From Epithemia pelagica (taxonomy: Eukaryota; Protista; Bacillariophyta), in contig OX337229.1 of NCBI GenBank assembly GCA_946965045.2, positions 620,001 to 684,000 on the forward strand: 64,000 bases of DNA. Direction: 5' to 3'. Positions 1-9,907 of the stretch are shown piece by piece. The notes below the pieces were generated by a model, which made no database searches, was not told where the DNA came from, and was given only the letters and a program-made list of their open reading frames with translations. The position numbers and the translations under genes are program-made. The first letter of the stretch is position 1; the number at the start of each line of letters is the position of its first letter.

Positions 1-486
1 GACGAGGAGACCCCTCCAGTTCCAGTCGACCGTCATGGGCCTGAGCCTGAACCCGCGCTCATCCCCGACGACGACGACGAGATCACTTTGGGGCACGACT
101 CACCCCCTCGAAACTCCACCCCTCCTTCCATGGTCGCCACCCCTCCTCCCCCCACCCCCACCCAAAAAGATACCTCGCCTCACATTGACGAGAATGCCCC
201 CCAAAACGTGATCGAGAGTTCCTCCGGCCCCGAGGACTCCCCGCGTTTGGGCAGGATCCTTGCTGTTGCCTACTCCCAAAAGGCAGGCCGAATGGTGCAC
301 GTTCGACGATCCGCTCGTCTTTTGTCCGCGGGTACGGGTAGTGGTGCTGATGAAATAAATCCAAAAAACCCAGAAAAAGCAAAAAAATCCAAAAAACCCA
401 GAAAAAGCAAAAAAAATAAAAGACCCAGAAAAATAACATGTCGGTTGTCGGTTGCCAGTGGTACGTGGGCACGGTCGTGTCGGTAA
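1..486 (+). CDS. 3' end of an unknown ORF entering from outside the window (Pro/acidic-rich, RRSARL motif, Lys-rich tail); possibly transposon-encoded
   Basis: Frame 1 is open from base 1 to TAA at 484-486 (DEETPPVPVDRHGPEPEPALIPDDDDEITLGHDSPP...VHVRRSARLL...). No recognisable domain. The Lys-rich tail is encoded by a 28-nt repeat, so it may not be real coding sequence. Confidence 0.35.
   Translation, partial: DEETPPVPVDRHGPEPEPALIPDDDDEITLGHDSPPRNSTPPSMVATPPPPTPTQKDTSPHIDENAPQNVIESSSGPEDSPRLGRILAVAYSQKAGRMVHVRRSARLLSAGTGSGADEINPKNPEKAKKSKKPRKSKKNKRPRKITCRLSVASGTWARSCR
361..434. repeat. A-rich tandem repeat, ~28-nt unit (CCAAAAAACCCAGAAAAAGCAAAAAAAT), 2 copies plus a partial third
   Basis: Units start at 361 and 389; a partial ACCCAGAAAA follows near 423. 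Confidence 0.8.
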
Positions 487-567
487 TGAATCTTTCCTCC
501 TCAGCCTACTCACTCTGTTTCTACCGATTGTTAAATTCTACTCCTACATCAGCTGAGTCTAGCTAGA

Positions 568-674
568 GTCCTTGTCGGAGATGTCCTTGTTGGTGTCCTT
601 GTCGGAGATGTCCTTGTTGGTGGTCCTTGTTGGTGGTCCTTGTTGGTGGTCCTTGTTGGTGGTCCTTGTTGGTG
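568..674. repeat. Minisatellite: GTCCTTGTTGGTG (13 nt) x5, preceded by GTCCTTGTCGGAGAT variants
   Basis: Read directly from the sequence. Confidence 0.9.
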
Positions 675-703
675 TGTCGGTTCGGTCGGTGTTATCACAA
701 AAC

Positions 704-1418
704 CCTGGTGGCATGAGGACTTGTCCTTGTGTTACCAGGTATCTGGCACTGAGACTTTGGTCTCTGTGCCAGATAGAGATTAGGTCTACCTCTTGATTAG
801 CCTACTCACCCTGGGCACTCGTGTCCAGACATGGTGGGGAGTTTGGGGGCTCCTCTTATTAGCCTCAGGAGTACATACAATACGGTCGCCTCGTCCTCCG
901 TTCAAATTGTATGTACTCCAAGAGATTAGGGCTACCTCTTGATTAGCCTACTCACCCTGGGCACTCGTGTCCAGATGGTGGGGAATACATGGGGTGTGGA
1001 TGTGCCATAGTTGCCTGACAGGCATCCATTGATGTCCTGTCGCCGCCCCCGTTCATATGTATTCAGAGATTAGGGCTACCTCTTGATTAGCCTACTCACC
1101 CTGGGCACTCGTGTCCAGATGGTGGGGAATACATGGGGTGTGGATGTGCCATAGTTGCCTGACAGGCATCCATTGATGTCCTGTCGCCGCCCCCGTTCAT
1201 ATGTATTCAGAGATTAGGGCTACCTCTTGATTAGCCTACTCACCCTGGGCACTCGTGTCCAGATGGTGGGGACGAGTTACGAGTTTGGGGGCTCCTCTGA
1301 TTAGCCTCTGGGGTTTGCCATAGTTGCCTGACAGGCATCCATTGATGTTCTGTCGCCCTACCCGTTCAATGTACAGCCGCGTTGACGTCGCGAGCGGGCT
1401 TTCCACCAAGAGCTGTAC
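704..1418. repeat. Array of hairpin modules with a 144-bp tandem unit (921-1064 = 1065-1208). A shared ~63-nt module starts at 775, 921, 1065 and 1209.
   Basis: AGAGATTAGGGCTACCTCTTGATTAGCCTACTCACCCTGGGCACTCGTGTCCAGATGGTGGGG recurs four times (copy 1 slightly divergent). Inverted repeats at 704-739, 741-774, 868-881/906-919, 983-990/1057-1064 and 1371-1377/1412-1418. Confidence 0.9.
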
Positions 1419-1876
1419 GCAATATAGAGATTATCTATCTTCTACCTAGTTCCGAGTTGTCGTGGTCCGGATGGAAAAATCAGGGCTTGGGGTTAGGAGT
1501 TACCTAGGAGAGGACCAAAGAAATGATCCAAAAGAAATTTGTGCAAGGAAAACCTATTCGACTGGCTACTCATTATTTTGGCATGGCAATGGCAAGGTAC
1601 GGTGCATTGGTCTGGACTGGACTCGATTTAGTATCCTGTCGTCAAGGACTCACGCCTGTTGTTGAGCCGCATCTTGTTTACGAGTCTGCAGGTGGACAGA
1701 AAAACACAAGACTAGGAAAGAGACACGGTACAAAACATGGAGTAATGTTTTTCATGTAGTACTTGTTGTACAGGCAATCATGTAGATCGATCGATGGGAT
1801 ACCACGCAACACACGGCTCTCACACACACCAGGCCTCATCCCCGTTTTGGCATTGAAAAGAATTCTGTTGTTGTGT

Positions 1877-2296
1877 TTATTGTGGTGGTGGGGCGGGTAA
1901 GGTCGTTCGAGGTGGATCCCGATAGGGACCTCGAGGAGGAGGATTGTTGGGATTGTTGTTGTTATTGGAATTCCACGACGTGTTCATCCAACTCGTTGGA
2001 GGTTGGGGAGGTGGAGCAAAGGATGTGGGTGCCGACGAGGGTGGTCCCAGGCCAGCCGCTCCCATGGCACCACCAAACGAGGAAGGCAACGATGGCGGTT
2101 CTTCATCTCGGCTGTCCAGATCGCTGTACAAGCGTTCGAAGAATAGGACAAACAATCGCAATTGCAACGTTTGGGGGGAGCAAAGCGATGTGAATCTATC
2201 GATCACCATGGAGTTGGCGGTATCATCTCGTAGTGAAACTCTGTCGCCGTTCTCGGGGTTGCGGCGACCGCTGCTGCCCCACCGTAGTGTGAGCAA
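1877..2296 (-). CDS. Possible exon or gene fragment, unknown Pro/Asn-rich protein
   Basis: Protein-like segment (RVSLRDDTANSMVIDRFTSLCSPQTLQLRLFVLFFERLYSDLD) followed by low-complexity sequence. No clear start or exon structure. Confidence 0.3.
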   Translation of the reverse strand: MLTLRWGSSGRRNPENGDRVSLRDDTANSMVIDRFTSLCSPQTLQLRLFVLFFERLYSDLDSRDEEPPSLPSSFGGAMGAAGLGPPSSAPTSFAPPPQPPTSWMNTSWNSNNNNNPNNPPPRGPYRDPPRTTLPAPPPQ

Positions 2297-2678
2297 TGAT
2301 CAATTGGTCTTGGAAAACTTCGACCAGATAACCTCGACGATTCATGGCAGATTGTAACGACCACTGATGGGCTTTGTAAACTGTTAGAGAAAAGACCCTA
2401 AATGCAGGTCGCGCAGCTTAGTATCCGCGCACCATCGAACAGCAGACCTCCCTGTTTTCTCTCATGACACTGGATCAGTAAAGTCAAACCTCCCCCTGCC
2501 AACATCTCCCAGACTGCTACCAATGCTTGACTCACGTTCCGTGGAATCTTCTGTGGAAGTATCATTGTCTTCAAATCGGCGGCTATTTTGGTTGCCTCGT
2601 TTGAGGACCGACAAGAGGGATCGGGAGCTCAGAGACGATGTTGTCGACCCATTGAAGGTGCTCGTGGACTTAAAAAAG

Positions 2679-5600
2679 TCATTGAGGACGTCTGTGTGTC
2701 GACGAGTATCGACACCTTCCTCGCAGAGCCGTATTGGCCTTGTTCAGTACCACGGACGATCGAAGGAAACGGCCGTATTGGTTTTGCAATTGTTTGGATT
2801 TTCCCTCCGCTCCCCAGTCCAAATAAAGGGTCACTGCTTGAGCCAAGTAAAACTCGGCCCATTCTTCATCTTTTTGCTCCAAGAAGAACAGGCCGGCCTG
2901 TTCACACATGTACGCCTCAAAATGAACCAAGCCCAATCGGGCAAGAAAGCGAATGGCTTTATCGTACCCATCCTTTGGCGGAGACTCTTCTGCAACCAAC
3001 ATGGTGTACATAGGCATCGCATTGACGTCGCCTTTTTTCAAATCATCTCGAAATTCTTTGGTTATCTTCCGAGCCAGTTGTCGTAGTTTGCGTTTCCCAT
3101 CCGTTCGACTAAGTTTCAAGGCAGCCAGGGCCATGATACATCGTCGTAGCGCACATCGAGTATGGTATTGGTCAGTGCCCAAGAAAGGTTCCAATTCGCT
3201 CAGCAGTTTTTCCATTACGTCCATTTTACCATAAAGTAGAGACAGTAGTAACCGAAAGGATAGGATATCACGTTTGATCATACAACGGGCATTCCCATGG
3301 AAGGAGGAGAGCATTTCGTCTTGATTCATGGCGTCTCCCGTAAGTATCGTTGGATCCGGTCCTGGATCCTGCAGATTCAAAATGAATTGTCCCACAATCT
3401 TGAAAACGGCCAGGATGGTTCCCGGTAGATTGAATTGAATGACCTGTGAGCGGGAGTCCACAGGTAATATAGGCATAGGCGTACGCCAAGATGGCTCCCC
3501 CCGCCTTTTCGGTATTACCCGTGCGCAATCCAATTCCATGTGCGTCCAAGAAGAGTTCCAAACAATTGGGCAATGGCTTTGTGTATGTAAAAATCCTCGA
3601 TGCTACGGCAGTCATGACCGTGGCATGGATCGATCCAACGGTTTGGGGAAAGCGTTCCAGTACTTTCAAACCCAATTCACCGTATTGGTTGGCCTCCTTG
3701 AATTGTCCCTGTAGGCCATGGGCCATGCCCAAAGATACAATGGCCATGGCGGTTTCTTCCGATACGGCCTTGACATCGGCCGAGATGGACAGGGCTCGCG
3801 ACGAGGCATACCAACCCAAGTACCGGTGTTGTTTCTTGAGTGTCATGGTGGCAAACATGGCATGTTGGTTCAACAGTTTGACAGTGTTGTGAGCCTTTGG
3901 ATCAGTCATTGTAGGATACTTTAAGATGCCTTCTATTTTGCCTCCCGGAAATCTTCGGCGTGTCCGGTTCATCTCGATTTTTAACACACCACGCAACATC
4001 TTGTTGGGTAGGCGCACATTGTATTCCTTGAGAATCTCTTCCGATACTTCCATGCCCAATTCGTAGTTGCGATCTTGACCGGAAGTAATGTGCTTCAAAT
4101 GAACCATTTGGACACGAAATTTGTCTTGGGAGCATTTGGCATGATCCTTGACTTGTTGCACGGCTTCCATGGCTTGTTCATCTTGTCCCAATTGAACGGA
4201 CATTTCCGCCATGATACTGTACAAACTCAGACACAAATCGTAGTGTTGCGTCCACTGTTCGTCGATAGAAGCAGCCGAATTGTTGTTGTTGTTGTTGTTG
4301 CTCAAGTGTTTGATACCGGCCGTTAACATGTCATAGGCTGGATAGAGCGCCGATTTGATCAAGGACAAGCGGGCAGCTTCCAAACACAGTGTCGCCAGTT
4401 CAGCTCCCAGGATTCGACTGTTCTCCGTTGCAACAGAATGTTCTTGCTGTTGTTCCAGTTCCGAGAACCGATTCATTTGATCGGCCGCCATGAACACCAT
4501 CCATTCATCTTCGTCTACCACATTCTCTTGTCCAGCAGTCTTTTGACTGAGTTTCCACAGGAGTCGTCCCAATTTCAAATGCAATTGGGGACGGAGATTG
4601 TCCGGAATGAGGGAGTAGGCCACGGACTGCAGTTTGTCATGTGCCCACATGTAGGCTTCTTGCCCCGTGGGGCGAATGAGAATACCCTCCTGAACCGCAT
4701 GATCCAAGACGGATTGCAAACCTTCGATCGTATCCAATCCTTTGGCCTGGATTGTTCCGACACCACCGTCATTTTCCTTGTCATTCTTTACAGCATCCTC
4801 ATTCGTGTTGGAGAATGAACAGTCAAACCATTGGATCAAGACATGCAGTGGAATGAGTTTTCCCAAACATGCGGCGACATGGAGCGCGGTACGTGTGGCG
4901 TGTGGCAATCGTTCCATGGTGGCGGCTACCAGGTCGGCCACATTGTCCGACACGTGCGCAGCACTGGCCAAGGTATGGACATTGCCCCATTCCCATTTGC
5001 CCACAAAGTACGAGTATCGTACAAAGTCTTCGCGTCGCAACATTTGCAGAAATTGCCGCACAAAAAAGGCATTGCCTGCCGTCTTTTGATGGACCACTTG
5101 CGCCAGTGGCATGGTTTGATCCAAGGGTCGCTTGGTCAAGGAGGATATCAGTTGATTGACACTGATTGACACTGTTCACGGTTAAATCGGCCAGAGGCAA
5201 GTCGTAGATATGCCGCTTTCGACGTTTCATGCTACTTGTCTGACGCTGACGATCGTGTTCTTCTTGGTCCATTTCCAGTTTGTATTGTCGAATGGCGGCC
5301 AAGGTTTGTTGCATACAGGGACTGACCTCTGACGTTTGCGGTTGGTTCTCCTTGTTGTTGTTGTTGTCTCGATAGGACAAGATGAGAATCAAATTGTCAA
5401 CGGGTTGTGTCGTGGCCAAAACTTGAAGCACTTTGGCACTGGCCGCATCGGCCCATTGCACATCGTCCAGGAACAAAACGACGGGTCGAGCTTGACACAA
5501 AAAACTGAGAATCCGAACAAAACTAGCATTGATGCAATCCATGGTATTGTTCCAATCGCCTGGAATGGAAATGCTGGGCACTGATGGTGGCGGTGGAGGA

Positions 5601-6232
5601 CTGGATGCGTTTGGAGGTGGATTTTGAGTATTGGAGGTACCGTGCAACTGGTCTTCGTCAATTTGCGACAAGACCTTTTCCATGGGCGGTTTGGGTGGAA
5701 GTACTTCATACAAGGGACGACCCGCAATGGGACAAGTCTTGGTTTTTTCCAGGACGGCTTGATAGGCCTTGGGCAAAACATGAAGCAAGAATTCGACATC
5801 TTGATGCAACAAGGCTTGTAGACCACCCAATTGACAAATGGTGACAGTGTCATTGTGGGTAATCCACAGTTCAATGAGTGTATTCAAGGCTTGAATCAAG
5901 ACCAAAAAGGGTTGTTGAAAATCGTCTTGATTGGCCAAAAACTTGCCCGATGCCAACAACCAACCGTACTGGTCCAACCACGGTTGCGATTCGACCAAGG
6001 CCGATTTGCCACTGCCTGCTGGACCGTGCAACAAGACAGTGGCACCGGGATGCAAATGTTCACCGGCATGATTGGGATCGGACGACAAGTCACCCTTCCT
6101 CCTCTCGTCGTCGTCGTCGTCCTCGGTGGCATTGTCATCGTTGGACTGGACCAAACGGCACAGAAACTTGGATTCTTCTTCGCGACCATACAAGGCACTC
6201 CAGTCCCAAGCGGGGCCCGAAGTGTAGCTCAT
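2679..6232 (-). pseudogene. Disrupted STAND/AAA_16-type NTPase with helical (TPR-like) C-terminus, as found in sensor-kinase/cyclase-associated ATPases
   Basis: ATG at 6232. LYGREEE, Walker A GPAGSGKS, Walker B LFLDDVQWAD, YMWAHDKLQSVAYSLI, C-terminal ARLGLVHFEAYMCEQAG...YLDWGAEGK. Split over three frames by a 10-bp duplication (5154-5173) and a frameshift near 3445. A third slip near 2690 could extend the C-terminus to 2462. Confidence 0.8.
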
Positions 6233-7521
6233 GATAGTAGGCAGCTCTTTTCAAGCACCGAACACGGGTGTCCGATTTCTTCTCTCCCAAAGATTATGGA
6301 TCTTCACGAGGTTTGTTCATAAATGATACGACAAAGCGAATCTATAGCTTGGCGAAAGATGTTTTCACGTCTTGGTAACTTCCATCCAACAACACTTGGA
6401 CAGCCTGATAAAATCGCGGACAAGGACTGCTGGCGAGGTTTTGCGTTGTGCTTTTTCACTTTTCGTGTACATCATCTTTTTGTTGACGATGTCGATTTGA
6501 CACCTCGGACAATTCATAACAGAATTCATACAGCTTTTATTCGCCTCCCATTTTTGTCATCTCGTGAATGAGCAGAAAAGATCTTTTGACTGGCTGTTCG
6601 GAAGAGACACGCCCAGGCGGCTTTGATATGTCAGCGCTAATATTTCACATCACTTCTTTTACTGAGAGCTCTGGGAAGTACCATGGGGCTATACTGTTGA
6701 GAGGTCCACTTATGCAAGCGGTGAATGGGTGAATGACGGTGTCGCTCGCAGCGTCCCAAGCAATAGAGTGGGGCTGAACGCGGGTTGATTCGTCCAAGAC
6801 TTAGAATTATGCGCAGGCAATCTCCTGGTTCGACCCCACGAACCAATCCGGAAGCGAGTAGTGTGCGTTGAGAGCGTTGAGAACATCCATAGCACGCGGT
6901 GCGAGCCCACCATAGGTGCGAAGCTAACCTTTTGGTCACAAAACTATTTTCGTTTGACCAAAATCATTTTTGTTTGACCCTTTCGTCTTGCGCGTCGTCT
7001 CTTTCGTCTGTGATTTTGTCTTGGTTCCATTCTTTTCCAGTGACTTTCCTCAGAGAGATGGAGGATACAGGATCTGCCCTCTTCCCATTATTTGTTTCTC
7101 CTTGTCGTTCAACAAACTTCAGTGCTTGGTGAACAGAATCGCGAGTCACCAAGTGTTGCCCCACACTTTGAAGATACCTTCCATGTATCCAAATGCAAAA
7201 CAACGCATGTGTGCGTGTTGTCGATAGCAAAGGTTGGAGACTATCTAATGTACAGATATAGTATGACATTTCTAATAAGCGAGTGAAAAGCGACCTATAT
7301 GAGATACTGCGACTTACAACGACATGAAGAATCCTCTAATGCTGTTTTTTGTGGGGTATCTTTTTTTGTGGTATCCATTGCAACCTCATTATCGGCATAC
7401 GAGAAAGAATAATTGGAAGAGATTCAACAAGATTCAACAAGGAATGGGCATCATGTCCCCTCAGCAAGGCAGGGGATCGTGTTTGCCACCACATGGGTCA
7501 GCATGGTCTCCAAAACGAGGT

Positions 7522-9642
7522 ATGTGGTCGTTGTGGATGATTGTTCAGGTAGTTTCTGTGATGGTATCCTTTGGATTTGCTTCTTGTGAGGCAAGGATTG
7601 TTCCCTATGGCAATGGTGGTGTTACGAACGCCATGAACACCATGCTTCCGACCAGACGACAGCATGGCAAGCCGACGAACCGAAACGCATCGGACAAGAG
7701 CAAGTCGACCAACGTTGCGGGTCCGAACGACGACAAGGAGACTACAAAGAAGGGGAAGAACATTGTCATTTGCTGCGACGGCACGGGCAAAGATCTGGGC
7801 GATAGTTTGAAATATTCCAATGTGGCTCAATTGTATGGCATGCTGATGCAGTCGGTTGACAGCGAGAATCGACGCTCTTGTTCCTATTACTACAGTGCAG
7901 GGGTTGGTACCGTCACACCCATTAATGCCTGGAACTGGCTCCGACTCTTGTGGAAGTCTTCCATTTTGGGTGGTGCCACTGGTGCCGGTATGGAGAATGA
8001 TGTCGTCAAGGCCTACACCTTTCTCATGCAAGAGTATGAACCAGGAGACCAAATATTCTTGTTTGGTTTCAGTCGAGGTGCCTATACGGTCCGCGTCTTG
8101 GCTGGACTGATCCAGGCCGTGGGCTTGTTACGGTATCATCCATCGCAACAGGGATTGGCCGTTCGTGCCATGGCCGTCTACAATCGCGCCGCGTTTTTTC
8201 CCGAAAAATTTGATTGGTCGTTTTGGGATCTGACCCAAAAGGATTGGTGGCCCCTCAAACAAAAAGATGGATCCTTACAAGAAAGTCAGCAAGATAAAAT
8301 TGATGAGGCACTTGGAAATGCAACAACTTGGGGATGCTTGACACAGGCACGACAAGATGTTCCCATTCATTTCATGGGTTGCTGGGATACCGTTTCGTCC
8401 ATTATTGTTCCCCGCACAAAACTCTGGCCACTCAGCACCATGAAGCTACCGCTTACCGAGGAGAATGGTCAAGTGCGACATTTTCGACAAGCCTGTGCCA
8501 TTGATGAACGACGTCGCATGTTTCGACTGCTTCCCTGGAACCATAAGAGTGCCAAGGATGACAACGACGAAGGCTTGGAGGATGGGGAGTCAATCACTGA
8601 TAAAAACCAAGATTCCAAACAAGTCTGGTTTGTGGGATGTCATGGGGATGTAGGAGGTGGATGGAAAATGAAGCAAAGCGAGTTGGCAAAGATTTCCTTG
8701 CAATGGATGATTCATGAAGCCAATGAGTGTGGTTTGGATTTGGACCTGAACTCGACTTTGCAAAGCTCTGACTTGATCGCACGAAACTATTCATCGGACG
8801 AATATCGGATTCACAATTCCATGTTTTCGTTATGGCCCCTTTTGGAAATACCTCCCAAGGCTCGGATGAACAATCGTGAATGGGAACCTTCATCCGTTTC
8901 TCTACAGTCCAAATGTTATGGAATTGGGACCAAGTCCTTGATTTGGAGTGGGTTTTGCGTCGCCACAAGGTGGCTGTTGCAGCATACCCTGCAGCTGGTC
9001 TTTGGCCGCCTCCTTCCCACAGTGCTGCATCTCAAAACGGCTTGGAATGTGGTATTGCGTGTCGGTTTGGTAGGGGTCTTGGTCAAGTACTACAAACCAG
9101 AACCCATGCCCAGTGATGAGATGCAAGTCGATGCGCGTCCCTCATCCGAAACAAGGGAGCCCGAAAACGTGTTTCAAAAGCTCTCTCGACAGTGTCCAAC
9201 TGCCGTCCAAATAGTAGTCTTGGGTGTAGTCATGGTCAAAGCTGTGCCGTACTGTTTGGGAGAATGTGCGGAATTTCTAAAACCCGTCTGGGATGACGTG
9301 ACCCATGGGTGGATGCAATGGCTTGCCAATCATGCTCTACTCGTTGACATTGTATCGACCAAAACGACGTGGGTAGGCTGCGTCGCGTTGAGTGCTTGGC
9401 TTTGGTGGAATACCTACACTCCCCTGGGAGAACCTCGTTGCATTCCACCAAACGACGGTACCCATTCGTTGCATCCCTCCGTCCTGGAATGCCTGGAACA
9501 ACGACAGCATGACTATCGTCCCACAAATCTCAAGCGATTCCTGACGGGTGATGACAATCCTTCGGACGACGAGTTTCAAGCCGCCCTAAACGCCTATCAT
9601 GCAGCACAGGAGGCACCAACGGACCTGGCGCCACAAGAATAG
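7522..9642 (+). CDS. DUF2235 (Tle1-like alpha/beta-hydrolase/phospholipase) protein with probable signal peptide and C-terminal hydrophobic segments
   Basis: KNIVICCDGT, YYYSAGVGT, FLFGFSRGAYTVRVLAG (nucleophile Ser), GCWDTV, FRQACAIDERRRMF, QVWFVGCHGDVGGG. The ORF is open from 7324; ATG 7522 precedes a signal-like stretch (MWSLWMIVQVVSVMVSFGFASCEA). Intronless. Confidence 0.85.
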   Translation: MWSLWMIVQVVSVMVSFGFASCEARIVPYGNGGVTNAMNTMLPTRRQHGKPTNRNASDKSKSTNVAGPNDDKETTKKGKNIVICCDGTGKDLGDSLKYSNVAQLYGMLMQSVDSENRRSCSYYYSAGVGTVTPINAWNWLRLLWKSSILGGATGAGMENDVVKAYTFLMQEYEPGDQIFLFGFSRGAYTVRVLAGLIQAVGLLRYHPSQQGLAVRAMAVYNRAAFFPEKFDWSFWDLTQKDWWPLKQKDGSLQESQQDKIDEALGNATTWGCLTQARQDVPIHFMGCWDTVSSIIVPRTKLWPLSTMKLPLTEENGQVRHFRQACAIDERRRMFRLLPWNHKSAKDDNDEGLEDGESITDKNQDSKQVWFVGCHGDVGGGWKMKQSELAKISLQWMIHEANECGLDLDLNSTLQSSDLIARNYSSDEYRIHNSMFSLWPLLEIPPKARMNNREWEPSSVSLQSKCYGIGTKSLIWSGFCVATRWLLQHTLQLVFGRLLPTVLHLKTAWNVVLRVGLVGVLVKYYKPEPMPSDEMQVDARPSSETREPENVFQKLSRQCPTAVQIVVLGVVMVKAVPYCLGECAEFLKPVWDDVTHGWMQWLANHALLVDIVSTKTTWVGCVALSAWLWWNTYTPLGEPRCIPPNDGTHSLHPSVLECLEQRQHDYRPTNLKRFLTGDDNPSDDEFQAALNAYHAAQEAPTDLAPQE

Positions 9643-9859
9643 GTATGTAGGTAACAATGGGAAGACTATCGATCGTATGGTTGCGTTCGTGGGGATGTCG
9701 AAACGAAACATCTTACATACTGTGACAAAATTCTACTCCTAGGCCTGGCGCCACAAAAATAGGTAGGTAACAATAGGAAGACTAGATAGATCGAATGGTC
9801 TCGTTCGTGTGGCATGTCGAAACGAACCATGGTACATACTGTGACAAACGTCTACTCCT
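9624..9859. repeat. Imperfect ~120-bp tandem duplication covering the DUF2235 stop codon and 3' UTR
   Basis: CCTGGCGCCACAA...TCTACTCCT at 9624-9740 and 9744-9859, roughly 80% alike by eye. Confidence 0.85.
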
Positions 9860-9907
9860 CGTTGGTCAGGACGATTGAGATTGAGAGAGTCACACACTAC
9901 ACCTTAG

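Noticed and set aside
345-378. Hammerhead core CTGATGA...GAAA
   Set aside because: No stem II between the motifs and no flanking stems.
704-1418. CRISPR array or known ribozyme (hammerhead, HDV, pistol, twister)
   Set aside because: No cas genes and a eukaryotic context; two units are identical rather than having unique spacers. No CTGANGA...GAAA core or HDV nested pseudoknot on either strand. The TTAGGGC and TAGTTGC words resemble pistol but are not arranged correctly.
9624-9859. Hammerhead or PBS-like element (CGAAAC, TGGCGCC) in the 120-bp repeat
   Set aside because: No CTGANGA and no adjacent LTR.
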